A stretch of 64,000 bases of DNA from Utricularia gibba (Eukaryota > Plantae > Magnoliophyta), in contig NEEC01000008.1 of NCBI GenBank assembly GCA_002189035.1, positions 2,232,001 to 2,296,000 on the forward strand, given 5' to 3'. Positions 25,406 through 40,418 of this stretch are shown here, piece after piece (the stretch's first letter is position 1; each line of letters starts with the position of its first letter). The notes under the pieces were generated by a model. The model was given only the letters and a program-made list of their open reading frames with translations, was not told the origin of the DNA and ran no database searches. A program made the position numbers and the translations under genes.

Positions 25406-27433
25406 TTAACACTGGCTGCCAGGGTAACATAGAAGCGCGCCAGCATCGACAGTCAGGGAGCCAACAAGTGTGGAAGATTTAGCTCCCAAGCTTGAAGCTC
25501 TGGCATAGCTCCCTGAAGCTCCAGCTCCAGATGGTACAAAGTAAGCTCCATTGAGCATCAGGTCACCATCCGATCTCCAATTCCAGTTCCTCCATTGATA
25601 TACATCATCGTTTACTCTCTTTGTTACCTGGTCCAACAGAACTATCAGTATCAAAGCAGCGAGTAAAAAAGTGAATCAAAGAATGCTTTTTATTAGGAGG
25701 AAGTGGTATTTGAGATACTTCTTTTGCAAAGGGGTTAAATGGGGCAAGATATCGGTTGCCTTGGCTGTTGATAGTAGGTTCTGCGCTTCCGCCGATGGCA
25801 TACATCTCCCAGTGAGTATAGTCATTGTTTACTACATGAAAGTATCCATGTCTACACCTGAGATATTTTAGTTCCGGTGTCATCAAACTATATATGCAGG
25901 TTGGTAATGCCAGGTTCAAATGGGATGATAGAGCTTGAGACTGGAAGATAAGGTGGATCCCCAAGTCGTAAAAAGTATAGAGGAAAGAGCTCAAGCCTTG
26001 CATGTGTTACCTTGGCATCCTCTGGATGCATTCCTCACCAAAATGGTTGAATGCTATAGTGACTTGCATTAGTTTGTCTCTCGTGTAGCTATCACTGTGT
26101 CCCAGCAGCATAACCTACTCCAAGAACCACAGCTTTACTTGGTGACACAATTCCACCCCTTTGAAACACAAGGTATGCTTACCTCATTGTGCTTGGTGAA
26201 ATAGTTATTGGAGATTGTCAAGGAGGTTGAGCCCATGACCGCATCCACCAGGCCGTCAGCACAGTTAGAGAGGGAGTTGTGATCGATCCAAACGTGGCTT
26301 GAGCCAAATATTGAGATTGCATCTCCATCCGCCATAGTCCTCCAGCCATAATGAGTGGGTGAGCTTCTGACCATGGCGTTTCCTGTTGGCACACAGTCAT
26401 AGATATGGACACCATGGATGATCACGTTGGTTACGAACTGTATTGTGATGCAGGCTCCGTGTGCGATGCGCACATCGGCTCCCCGACCATCAATGGTCTT
26501 GAAGCTATTCATGATCAGCTCCTGCTGCAGAACAATAACCATGTCAGTCTCGAAGATGATCCAAAGTGGCTCGGTCTGGATGACGGCATAGCGCAGTGTT
26601 CCTGGTTTCGGATTCACAGGGTCTTCGTCACTGGAATCAGTCACAACGTAGAAGTCACCGTCGCGACCACCGATCGCATTGCGGCCGAAGCCAATACCAC
26701 AATCCGCAAGTCGTTTCCGGTCTTGCTCCCAGTTGGGATCGCATCTCCAGCAGTCATCTATTGGATTTCCAGAACCACATGAGAAGTAACCAACTTTGCT
26801 GTCCCGGGTAACGTTTCCTTTGCTCCTGAGGAAATTAAGAAGATGACGAGTGACAGCTACTTTCTTAAACGTAGGAGGATAAGGCACATAGTCAAATCAT
26901 GGAAAGGCAGCGGTTACTGGTGCATTTCAACAAAAAAGAAAGTTGCAAGCTGAAGGTGAAGGGCAACTGATCCCCTTCCCTCCCACATGGGTTGTCTCTT
27001 GTCACAGTTCGTTCTCATGGGTAAAGCTAACGTGGAAGTCTGTGCGTGATATCAAATCAAGGTAATGGTTATTATGCCCAAAATCATCTCAAAAAAGTTG
27101 CTTTTGGCCAGTGGTTTATAGCTAACGTTGTTTAGTCCTTGTCTTGTGTATCGGAATTCATGGGAGAAACACGAACAGCACAGAAACTTGAAAGAAATGC
27201 TGACCTCGGTGGGTTTCTGAACCTCTGCGGATGCTCTGCTCCAAGCTCTGAATAAGCAAGCAAACAGAGTAATCACTGAGGATGAGAACCAGCAAGAGAA
27301 ACGAAAGCAAGAGTTCAGAGCTCGTGTGTGCGGAATCATGTCTACACATTCTAAAAGCAAGGTACCCGGAGAAGGGGAGAAGCAGGAGCAGGAGACACAG
27401 AGAAAAGAAGAAGAGGCATCTGGTGGGAGCCAT
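25406..27433 (-). CDS. Secreted pectate lyase (PL1 family)
   Basis: Signal peptide [22 protein letters not shown]; [98 protein letters not shown]. Confidence 0.96.
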
Positions 27434-29260
27434 TCCGGGGTCGTGCGCGGTGTGTCTGACTGAGAGAGATGCAGAGAGCGAGCGGTATGGTTCTTGCCGC
27501 TGCTCTTTTATAGACTCCTCTCTCCCCCACCTCTCCCTCTCTGCCTCATTCCACCAGTCTTCGTCGTGCAAGTGTTAACCAGATCGGTGGTTAGCGGAAG
27601 CCACAGTTGGTAGAAGGACACAAGTGCGAGACACAGTGGAACCACTCACACGAAATCAGGGGGAATTTCAAGTTACTATTTTTTTCTCAAAGTGGTACGG
27701 AATAGAACTATGCTACTTCCAAACTTGGTAATCCCTCATGGTTTCATTCCATTTGAAAATAGATGAATGTAGGATATTGTTTGTGAGAAAATTAATCATT
27801 TATAATATAAATTTTTTATATTATATGTGAAAAAATGATCATTTTTCTAAATGATATTTGAAATTGTTTTTTATTTATTTCACTCCGGATCAGAACAAGA
27901 CTTCATTGGATTGTTGCCATTCTAAACCGTTTAAGAACCGAACCAAAACCCGTATTCGATTCGGATTGAACCGGGGTACCTTTTTTCAAGTTTGGATCAT
28001 ACAAGTAATTTAATGGATGATTTATTTGAAAGAAGCTTTGTAACGGTTGGAAGTGACTGAAGAACCATTTTATTTTTTAAAACATTCGCGTTTAGTTTAT
28101 TGTCTTAGGCAACTCATCATCGTCATGTCCTAATGGGGTGGATGGTAACGGCTCGCCCGCCCGCCCGCTCTCTCGAACCGCCGCCGACCGTACGGACACA
28201 CATTTACATATATTCTAAAACATATGAATAATCACATAGCATATATTTATTTAAATATAAATGATTTAAACATATATTTAAATAACTTAAAAAAACCCTA
28301 ATCCAGGGTAACGTGTACACGTGATCTGGGCTGTAGCCATTTGGCAACTGACTCAACTAGGGGACAGACAAAGCCGCATTTCTTGTGGATAACACTTAAA
28401 ATAAAATTACAAAAATTCTTTCTGTTTTCTATTTCTTTAAAAAAAAAAACAATTCTCTTCTCTGACGTCAGCACAGCATCATATTCCCCAAAGAGAAGGA
28501 TCGACTATTACCTGGTACCATGAATATTGATTATTTAATGGGCCCCATTTTAATACCTAATGATTATTTGGTTAAGATCTCATTTCAGAACGTCATGTCA
28601 AAATGTCGTGCAGCTTTGGCGCAGCTACCGTGCACATGTTGATGGTTATTGAGACCGGAGTGGACCCGCGGGTCCCACCCCACGAGAATATTTGGTTAGC
28701 CAATCAAATTTTTTTCATGCTTATTTTAAATATTATTGTTTAATCACTTAATTAGGTGTGTTTCACGGTCTAACAGTATCCACCATCAGCCAAAATTATC
28801 ATCTATATCCGGCTATCAAATTTTTAATTTCATTATCTGAAATTGTTAGATGTATTTCGTAATATTTATCGACTCATATTGTTTATCATAAAAATATGTG
28901 TAACGTAAAAATTATTAAAAAATTAAAGATGGAAATTAAATACAATTATTAATAAATTCATATATCTTGACTCATGTATAAAATTGGATATACTCAAAAT
29001 GATTTTCTAAGGTAAATAATTTTAAAATTAAATTTTAAGAAATATTCTATATAACTATTACTAAATTATTTGTTTTTTAACAATAATATTTTAATAAAAG
29101 GATAATAATTTCCAAAGCTCCAAGGGAAAATGTGGGCCGAGTCCAATTCAAAAGACATATGATCCGCATGGAGCAGAATGTGGATCCCTAAATTGGGCCT
29201 TCATTTGCATTTGTTGACGTACGGACGCTGAAACTTTTCTAAATGACCCATCTGAGAAAC

Positions 29261-29972
29261 TCAACCATGACGATGGTTCCGCCGTTGGGGTGGAGGACTT
29301 GCCCGGTGATTTACGAGGAATCTGCGTTAGAAGCCAAAAACACGTACGACGGAGCTACTCAATCGGCTGCCCAGCTCTTCGCATCGGCACCTGCTTTCCG
29401 AAGTTTGCCGTCTTCTCCTCCGAGAACGATGCCGGAATCAATGCTGTCCAGATCGGCCCCGGGGCTACTCCGTTGATGCGTATCCCTTTTTCGGCGAGCT
29501 GAAGCGCCAGCGCTCGCGTGAACCCTACGGTCGCCCCTTTTGTGGATGTGTAGTCGAGCAACGACGGGTTCCTTTGTAGGCGGTAACCGACGTCGTATTT
29601 GATGATCGAACTCCCCGCTTTCATATGCTTCAGGGCATGCCTACGGGAAGGCTTTCGGAATCATAAATGGGTAATCAGCCCCCGATTTTTAGGGCAAAAT
29701 TGGATCCGTAACGTCTTTTCCTGGTGGTGAAGAAGTAGGAGAAGATGTTGGTACGGAAAACTCTCTCAAGGCGGGGCTCATCGATCTCCTCCACGGAGCA
29801 CTCGTGTTGCTCGCCGGCGTTGTTGACGAGAACGTCGATGCGACCGAAGCAATTGACTACCTCCTCCACCACGCGCCTGCAGTTGTCATCGTATCCCAAA
29901 TCGGCGGCCACCGCAATGGGCTCCTTGGCGTCCCCTTGCTTCGCCTCCCTCAGAATCTCCAGTGTATCTTTA
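29261..29972 (-). pseudogene. 5'-truncated short-chain dehydrogenase/reductase (glucose/ribitol dehydrogenase-like) pseudogene
   Basis: DLGYDDNC, GRIDVLVNNAG, FRTNIFSYFF, LLDYTSTKGA (YxxxK), GIRINGVAPGPIW present; Rossmann-fold start absent; donor GT>GA at 29720, several indels, TAC>TAA at 29311-29313. Confidence 0.88.
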
Positions 29973-30548
29973 GTTCAAAAAGTATGTTATTATTTTTGAA
30001 CTGCATAGCAATAGTAAATATATATTCATATATTGTATTAACATTAATGACGTAATTTAAAATACTAGAAAGCTAAAATAATATAAATATATTTATTATC
30101 CCATGTTTTAAAATACAAAATAAATAGATTGATTTTCAATACACAAACCGTAATAAATTTTAAGAGGTAAAATATAAATATTATTATAAACCATAATATA
30201 TTATATTATTATATTTGTATAATATACATTATATATTATAAATATATTATTCTTATTTATTACACATCCTTGACCCTAAAATCTAAAATTCACTTGGACG
30301 AGGTAACCAGCAAATATTACACCTATAAATATATCACCTATCGGTTGTTGGGACAACACTATGAACCGGGTAGCCTTAAAGGGGTCCACATGCAATTGTT
30401 CTGACGTACAAATCGAACGAGCTGTCCAGCAGCTGTGCAGAACAAATTCATTCCCCGACGCCCGCACATCTTTCTTCTGTTTTCGTCCCCCGCCAGCCGA
30501 CGGAGCTTCAGGAGTGGAAAGCTTGGATCCGATACGCCACTGCGTGCA

Positions 30549-30953
30549 ATGAGGTCGATTTTCCGGCAGCGGTTCGATCAGTCGCTTCCTGTTTCCCATG
30601 GCCGAGTCCAAGACGGCAAAGGCCAAACGCAGGGTCTCCGCCGCCGCCTCTCCTCGCTATCCCTAAATCTCAAAATTAACCCTTCCGCCGCGGAATGGAC
30701 CCTCCGCCGCTCCAAATCCTTCTCCTCCTTCGGCCAAAACGCTGGAAGCTCACTCAGGGGGTGGTGGTCCCGGAGCTGGGGCTGGATCCTGTCTCGTAAG
30801 CCCTCCTTCGCTGTAGATCTGGAGATGAATGAGGAAGAAGCCGCGGCTCTGGGTACTCACAATAGAGGCAGTTTACGCCATATCTTTCACAAGTTCAGTA
30901 CTCAGATCAGCCGGAAGCTCCACCGCGCCGCCGACGACCGCCTCCCAAGGTGA
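30549..30953 (+). CDS. Intronless uncharacterised basic plant protein, 134 aa
   Basis: ATG 30549; GLRRRLSSLSL, LRRSKSFSSF, WWSRSWGWILSRKPSFAVDLEMNEEEAAALGTHNRGSLRHIFHK; GC-rich coding-like composition. Resemblance to a plant family of unknown function is from memory only. Confidence 0.7.
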   Translation: MRSIFRQRFDQSLPVSHGRVQDGKGQTQGLRRRLSSLSLNLKINPSAAEWTLRRSKSFSSFGQNAGSSLRGWWSRSWGWILSRKPSFAVDLEMNEEEAAALGTHNRGSLRHIFHKFSTQISRKLHRAADDRLPR

Positions 30954-31362
30954 CCCCCTCTCGACGCCTCCCTCCTCACCGCTCGTTCAACTATACATAC
31001 CGCAATTCCTTATTGCTTCCATTGTGCATTTGTTCATGTTCGAAGTATTCCCCTTTTGCTTTCGAAACAGAATAGCGTATTTTCGTTAATTTAAATATCA
31101 TATTTATACGTCATCCACTCACACTGTGCCACGTGGAATCGGAACCTACCACAAGAACTCCAGAATCTCCGGCAACATGCAGCTCCCAGCCCAGCAGCAT
31201 TCTGCTCGACGGGATGCGCAGAACATGTGTCTACCGGCGACTGATGGCTATAGAATCCACAGCAATTGATGCAGTCCAACGGCAAGGTGCTACTGAGCTT
31301 CCATGAGCTTCTGCAGAAGGCAAGTTGTTCGTTACCTGGTTCACTTTGGGAAGAATGTCTGT

Positions 31363-33487
<2,125 letters not shown>

Positions 33488-35085
33488 GAAACGGCCTGAT
33501 TTCCCGGTTTCTCCCTTTCACTCAGAATGCCAATCCCTTCCACATCAAAGGGATCATAGATATCCTGATATTCTGGAATCAAAGATACAAATTAAAGGAA
33601 CCATAAGCTGCAACAACAGCAAAAGCTCAACTTCTAGGAACCCCACAAAAAACGAGCAATCACCCGAAAGCAGATCAGAGCATTACAAACAAACAGACAC
33701 ACGCAACCCAGAAAATAGAGGATACCCACAAAAAAAGCGTACTTGATCAAACATAGCTAAAAAAGAAAAGCCCTTTTAAAAGTAGAAAAAAGGAGACGAT
33801 GGATCTTCGTTCAGATTTTGTATCTTCAACCTCCCCAAGAGGAAAAGAGAAACGAACCCGGCAGTCAAAAAATATCTCTGTGCTAACTTGCAGCAGTCAT
33901 GTGTCTTGGACATATTCATGTTCGAGCAAAGGTTTTTTAATCCATTTTTTGTTCTGTAAAATTCCGTTCTTTATCCCGGTGGGGACTCCCTGCAGACGTG
34001 GTTTTCAACCAAGGAAGACGACCGGAAAACCAGTCACATGTACACTCCCATTTCTAATTATTAAAATCCTCATCTTCCACCTTCCTATGCATCCCACGTT
34101 GTTCACACCTCATCTTCTCGAACAAAATTCCTTCGGGTGATTGAGGCTTCGTGCTGTTACCGCATCAGTAGCCTTGGCATTACTTCGATCTTCAACCATT
34201 TCTGCGTAGGAAAGCAAAAAATGACCGACACCCATTATCACGTATCCTTCTCGCCCCATTTTGAATATTCTGAAAAGAAAGCAACCGAAGCATAAAGGAG
34301 TGCAATCAGACTATCTAATCAAACTCATCGTATGACAGAAAAACACCAATGCTCAACCAAACACAGAGATGGAAACGCATGCATCTGACCCAATTCATGA
34401 TCCTCTCCATATTTTTCACTTCACCGATCTTTGTCGCAAACTTTTGAAAATCGGGAGCAAAATTTCAAACTCCAAATCCATCAATGAATCAAGAACCCAA
34501 AACCTATGAGATTTGTTTCATTCAACGCGGCTGATTAACCCAGAATCTATTAATTTATTTTTAGTAATTCATGACTAATTGAAATTCTGATATCCATTTT
34601 AAATTTTAATTTTTATTCCAAAATTCAATTTATTTAAATGAAAAAGTAAAAAAAAAAAGAGAGAAATAGAAATAGAATCTTCAAAAATTTCGATGTTTTA
34701 ATTAAAGAAAATTCAATATATTCATAAAATACTTAGATTTTCCTAATTTTATTAGTATAAATGTATAAAATATGCATTATTAAATAAATCATATATTTAT
34801 TTAAACACATTCAGGATATTTAAATAATATATTTTGAAAAAATGTGAACATAGAAAAGTTTGAAATATTTTTAAATTATGGGATGGACACAAAATCAAAA
34901 TAAGAGGAAACAACGGAACACTGCCCGCTGCCCGCTGCCCGGCGTATAAATGAACTATTGCAATGCAGCTGTGAGCTGTTGCCAGCAATTTCCAGTCGTT
35001 GCCAGCAATCTGGTTTTTTCTTGTGTTTTATTTTATTTTATTTATTCCGCTCTTCTTCCTCTTCTCCGCCGTCTCCAACGCCGCG

Positions 35086-36102
35086 ATGTGGTCTCTTATT
35101 CTCCTCTTCCTCTCTTTTTCGCCGCTCCTTCATGGTGCGCCGGACCGCCAAAGCCAACAGAATTTCGGAATTCCGGCGAAAGTCCCCGGGGACTTCTCGG
35201 AATCCAAGAAATTTGAGGGCTCGTCGGAGTTAGTTAACCTCCGGTACCACATGGGACCAGTTCTTTCCTCTCCGATCAACATTTACATTGTCTGGTACGG
35301 GAACTGGACTGCCACTCAACAGCTTCTCATCAAGGATTTCATTCTGTCCATCTCAGCCACAAGCCACCGCGTCGCGCCGTCGCCGTCTGTGGCGGAGTGG
35401 TGGCGCACCGTCTCGCTTTACACCGATCAAACCGGGGCTAACATCTCACGCTCCGTCGCTATTGCCGGAGAGTATGCAGACGCAAGTTACTCCCAAGGCG
35501 TGAGCCTCACGCGCCTCTCGATTCAGCATGTGATCGGAAACGCCGTCAGATCTAAACCCTTCGCCGTCGACCACAAGAACGGTATCTACCTCGTGTTGAC
35601 CTCCACTGACGTCGCCGTACAAGATTTCTGCCGTGCAGTCTGTGGCTTCCACTACTTCACTTTCCCGTCCATGGTGGGTTACACATTGCCGTACGCTTGG
35701 GTCGGCAATTCCGGCAAGCAGTGTCCCGAAGTCTGCGCGTACCCCTTCGCCGTACCGGACTATATGTCGGGTGGCGGGCCGGGGAAGCTCAGGCCGCCGA
35801 ATGGCGACGTGGGAATCGACGGTATGATAAGTGTCATCGGCCACGAGCTGGCTGAGCTGTCCTCGAATCCGTTGGTGAACGCGTGGTACGCCGGCGAAGA
35901 CCCCACCGCTCCCACCGAGATCGGAGACCTCTGTGAGGGATTGTACGGCACCGGCGGTGGCGGAGGCTACATTGGCCAGGTGATGAAAGACCGCGGAGGA
36001 AGGACGTACAATATGAACGGCCGCCGTGGCCGGAAATTCCTGGTGCAGTGGATCTGGAGCCCGACACTGAAAGCGTGTTCCGGTCCCAATGCCCTGGACT
36101 GA
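35086..36102 (+). CDS. EXL: EXORDIUM-like / Phi-1 family secreted protein, intronless
   Basis: Signal peptide [11 protein letters not shown]; [77 protein letters not shown]. Confidence 0.95.
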   Translation: MWSLILLFLSFSPLLHGAPDRQSQQNFGIPAKVPGDFSESKKFEGSSELVNLRYHMGPVLSSPINIYIVWYGNWTATQQLLIKDFILSISATSHRVAPSPSVAEWWRTVSLYTDQTGANISRSVAIAGEYADASYSQGVSLTRLSIQHVIGNAVRSKPFAVDHKNGIYLVLTSTDVAVQDFCRAVCGFHYFTFPSMVGYTLPYAWVGNSGKQCPEVCAYPFAVPDYMSGGGPGKLRPPNGDVGIDGMISVIGHELAELSSNPLVNAWYAGEDPTAPTEIGDLCEGLYGTGGGGGYIGQVMKDRGGRTYNMNGRRGRKFLVQWIWSPTLKACSGPNALD

Positions 36103-36571
36103 ACTCCGACAAAAACCCGCTTATTCCGCTTCACACCACAGAAATTATTTTCCGTTTTGTAAATTTTTTATTCTTTTTTGTTATTTTCTTTTCTTTTTCC
36201 ATCGCATTTCTCTTTCAATAGCACATAGCAACAATTTTTTGGTCCATGAAAACACTAAAACGGCATTAATTAAATTATCTATCTTAAACACACTCGAAAG
36301 CTGTAAACTTTCACTATAATCAGAAGATTAAGGCTGTGGATGACCTGATAAGAGGGTGATGGGAGCCAGGATGGTGCAAGAAGCAGCTATCATGGCGGCT
36401 CCTCCGACCCATAAGATTAAGAAGGCCATTATGCTTCATTAATCATGCTAAATATACAGCAATCCTTTCATAAACACAAGATTTGCAAGTACTTATTTGA
36501 ATGGAACATCAACATTTACTCCACAATCATACTTGCTTTAGTCAACAGAGCGGGGGGACACTGAAATGGGA

Positions 36572-37825
36572 TTATGTGTGAATTTGAAAGCTTACTGTGC
36601 ATTTCTTCCACTCCTCTTCCTCTTCCTGCTTACTGCTTTCATAAAAGCTCACCAACCCACTGCCGCTCTCCAGAGCTACTGCTGATGTACTCCTCGTCCC
36701 ATATCCTCCCTACAAAAAAAAAAAAAAAAAACAAAATCACTCAAAGTTTCAGTGTTATTGATACATTTCAGCAAACCAACTCTTTCTACGCTTCATCAAT
36801 GGAGGGTTGTCATGTAGCCGCACGCATGTTACCAAAGCAAACTATGTGTAGGTGATTACAAAATTTGCTAGCTTTAGACCTCCTGGTTCTTTCACTGTTA
36901 CGAGGGGAGGTTTTGTACATAGTCTTCAAAGTGAAAATGGTTTGTTTTGACTTACAGAAGATGTGGTGGCTTGGACGAAGATAGAGCTGAGGAGGTACTC
37001 AAAATCAGGAGAATAAATCCCAGGAAGATGGCGTTCATATTTTGTCGTCTCGTTCATCAGAATCTCGGCCATTTCTTGTAACGAAATCTCGGATTCTAAG
37101 AACTTCCCCACCACTTCCTCGAAATGGTGACGCAGCCTTTCAGCCTAAGCAAATGCAAGCAGTGCAATTTGAAGGAGTGCGGGCAACAGTTAACAGAAAC
37201 AAAAATGGTGTACCTTCGGCCATGGAGTGTCGAGTGCAGCATTTGACAATACGTGAATACCAGGGGGAACTTCTAAGATCACTAAATCATGGTTGCTATG
37301 CCTGTTGGAGATGTAAACCATGGTTAAGGAGGCAAGATCAGCCACGATTAGATTGAAGCCACTGTAATCCTGGCATTCTCCCACCAATTCCTCCGCGAAA
37401 TCTCTGGGGGTTTTTCCACTCTGCACCGCGTTGATCGATAATAAGGTGTTCGATGAGCATCAGGCACCAATTTCCAAAAACATTACCTTCAGAAAGCGAA
37501 CAGGGAGTTCGCCCCTGCTTTTGACTCGGGAATTGGACTTTACTTCCCTCACATTGGTCACAAACGCCAGCCTTCCGGTTCTCGTACAAGCCAGCCACGT
37601 TCCGCCGGCCTCGCCGTCTCTTCCGCCGAGCGTCACGCCGTCCTCCCACCACCTCAACGGCGTCGTCGCCCTGTGATCACCGGAAAATTAAAATGAGATC
37701 ACCCTTCAATCGACACGGAAACAGAAGACTTAGGCCAGATACCGGCTGTAGTATTCGTCACGATTGAGCAGCAACAAGAAGGGAAATCGGGAGTCCAATT
37801 TCCACATAAACACTGATATACACAT
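36572..37825 (-). CDS. TANGO2: TANGO2 / DUF833 (NRDE) family protein, 5 exons
   Basis: MCISVFMW...LLLLNRDEYYSR, GGRDGEAGGTWL, RLAFVTN, SRGELP, YSGFNLI, HVLSNAALDTPWPK, LSSIFV, GYGTRSTS. Confidence 0.92.
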
Positions 37826-38310
37826 GCTCTTCTTTTCTTCAAAAACACGAATTCAACCTCGAATTCCAACAGTTTCAGCGTGGGATCCAGAGGAATCTGC
37901 ACAGTTCTCCGGCTGCCAGAAGCCATTTTTCTACGATCTGAGACACTATTAGGCAATGGCCTTTCCCCTCTCCTTTTCGGTGCGGAATTATCCAAAAGGC
38001 GGTGGTTAATTATCCTTGAATTAAAATTATTTAAAAGTCAAATACATTTTTATAAAATTAAAAATAATATATATCTTAATTAGTCAAACTTGATTATGGT
38101 TAATAAGACCTTAAAACATGAGTTTAGTACCAGTAATTACTGCAGTCTATATTTCATTTTTCAAAAAAACCCATTAATATCTACGTATTAGAAATGTAGA
38201 CTTGTTCTTTGAGTTTACATTTGTTTCTTCCCCAGCGAGGTAGCTCCGTCGAAAGGCGTACGTCTGACGTTGATCTAGAAACCCTAGTTTTCCGCTATTG
38301 GGATCAGAAT

Positions 38311-40021
38311 ATGTCGAGGCGAGCGCTTCCGATCATCAATCGGATTCTATGTTCCGGCGGATCCAAGGCGCAGTCGCGATCCGTGACGTACATGCCTCGT
38401 CCGGGAGACGGAGCACCGCGCGCGGTGACTCTGATACCCGGAGATGGAGTGGGCCCGCTGGTAACCGGTGGCGTGGAACAGGTGATGGATGCTATGCACG
38501 CACCGGTTTACTTTGAGAAGTACGAGGTTTTTGGTGACATGAAGAACGTGCCGCCTGAGGTGATCGAATCGATTAAGAAGAATAAGGTTTGCTTGAAGGG
38601 AGGGCTGAGGACTCCCGTGGGTGGTGGTGTCAGCTCGCTGAATGTGGTGTTGAGAAGGGAGCTTGATCTTTATGCGTCACTGGTGCATTGCTTTAATTTG
38701 GATGGGTTGCCGACCCGGCATGAAAATGTGGATATTGTTGTGATTAGGGAGAACACTGAAGGAGAGTATTCGGGGCTCGAGCACGAGGTTGTCCCTGGAG
38801 TTGTAGAAAGCCTGAAGGTGTTTTTGATTCTTTTTACATACCGTGTCATGCATTGCTATATCTAGAAATTTCTACGAACTTACTCCAGTCGCTTATTATA
38901 CATGAAAAGGGGGTGTTTTATGATATAACGAGGCGATGGATGCCGCTATGTGCTGCTGTGGAGCATGTGATCAACCTCTTAGGCTGATCGAGAAATTTTA
39001 TTCCGTGGCTTTTTTCTTTGTTTTCGATCCATGACAACTTGAGATGCTTTGGTTATTTAGTAGTTCAGATACTCAGTATACCATGTGAATTATTTTCCTT
39101 CATAGGAATTTGCTCTTCTCCTTGCCATTGCTGCTTTTGATGTTTTTTTCCTGGATTTGTTCTAAAGCTCGCATACATTTTTATTGTTCTTGTCTGCTGT
39201 GTTTTCTCACGCTTGTGTTTATAGGTTATCACAAAGTTCTGCTCGGAGCGCATCGCACAGTATGCTTTTGAGTATGCATACCTTAACAACAGAAAGAAAG
39301 TGACTGCCGTGCACAAAGCAAACATTATGAAACTAGCAGATGGCTTATTTCTGGAATCTTGTCGTGAGGTTGCTAGCAAGTACCCCAGTATTCAGTATAA
39401 TGAGATGATAGTGGATAACTGCTCTATGCAACTCGTTTCTAAACCGGAGCAATTTGATGTCATGGTAAGACTGAATGTCACCAGAGTTATTAGCATTAGT
39501 GGGAATGTATCCTGGAAAAACAGATATGCTTATTTTTTTTCTTCTGATATTGAAGGTGACTCCAAATCTCTATGGGAATCTGGTTGCAAACACTGCTGCA
39601 GGTATTGCTGGTGGCACTGGCGTAATGCCTGGAGGTCTGTATCGTTTACCATTTAAGCCTTTCATAGTTGTCCAAAAATTCAATTCTGGTTTGGGATAAC
39701 GGTTTCCTTGTAGATTAGATTTTCTGAATAGTATATTCTGTTCCAGGAAATGTGGGCGCGGATCATGCCATTTTTGAGCAAGGTGCATCTGCGGGTAATG
39801 TTGGAAACGAAAATCTGGTGGAGCAAAAGAGAGCAAACCCAGTTGCCTTGCTACTATCTTCAGCTATGATGCTAAGACATTTGCAGTTCCCCTCGTTCGC
39901 TGATCGACTCGAGACTTCAGTTAAGCGAGTCATCGCTGAAGGCAAGTACCGTACCAAGGATCTTGGTGGAGAGAGCACTACCCAGCAAGTCGTGGATGCT
40001 GTCATTGCAAATCTCGATTAA
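38311..40021 (+). CDS. IDH1: Mitochondrial NAD-dependent isocitrate dehydrogenase regulatory subunit, 4 exons
   Basis: [85 protein letters not shown]; telo-box AAACCCTA just upstream of the ATG. Confidence 0.95.
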
Positions 40022-40418
40022 ACTCTCAAGCTGCCATGCATCTGAAATGCCCATTGGTGATTTTTTACCCCAAAGCCTTCATTTGTGCCTCATAAAGCAG
40101 CCTACTAGTTGATTTGAATCGGGATGAATAATTATGGTTGAGCACTTCATGTCTACGCATTTGACCTCAAGGGCAAATGCTGTTGTAGCTTCTCATCCAT
40201 TAGCTCAATTGTTTCCTGAAGTTACATGATACAGGATTCAATCCCATTCTTCTGCTATGTTCTCAGGCCATGGATTAGGCTGCAAAAATTACTAAAGCGG
40301 CATATATAAGCAGGAAGTTCGCACTTGGGGGAGCGATTATTAATGCAACCATATGAACGAACAAACCAACAGCCTCTACAGATTGAAAAAGATCAGAAAC
40401 ATGCTGTCTATGATCCAT

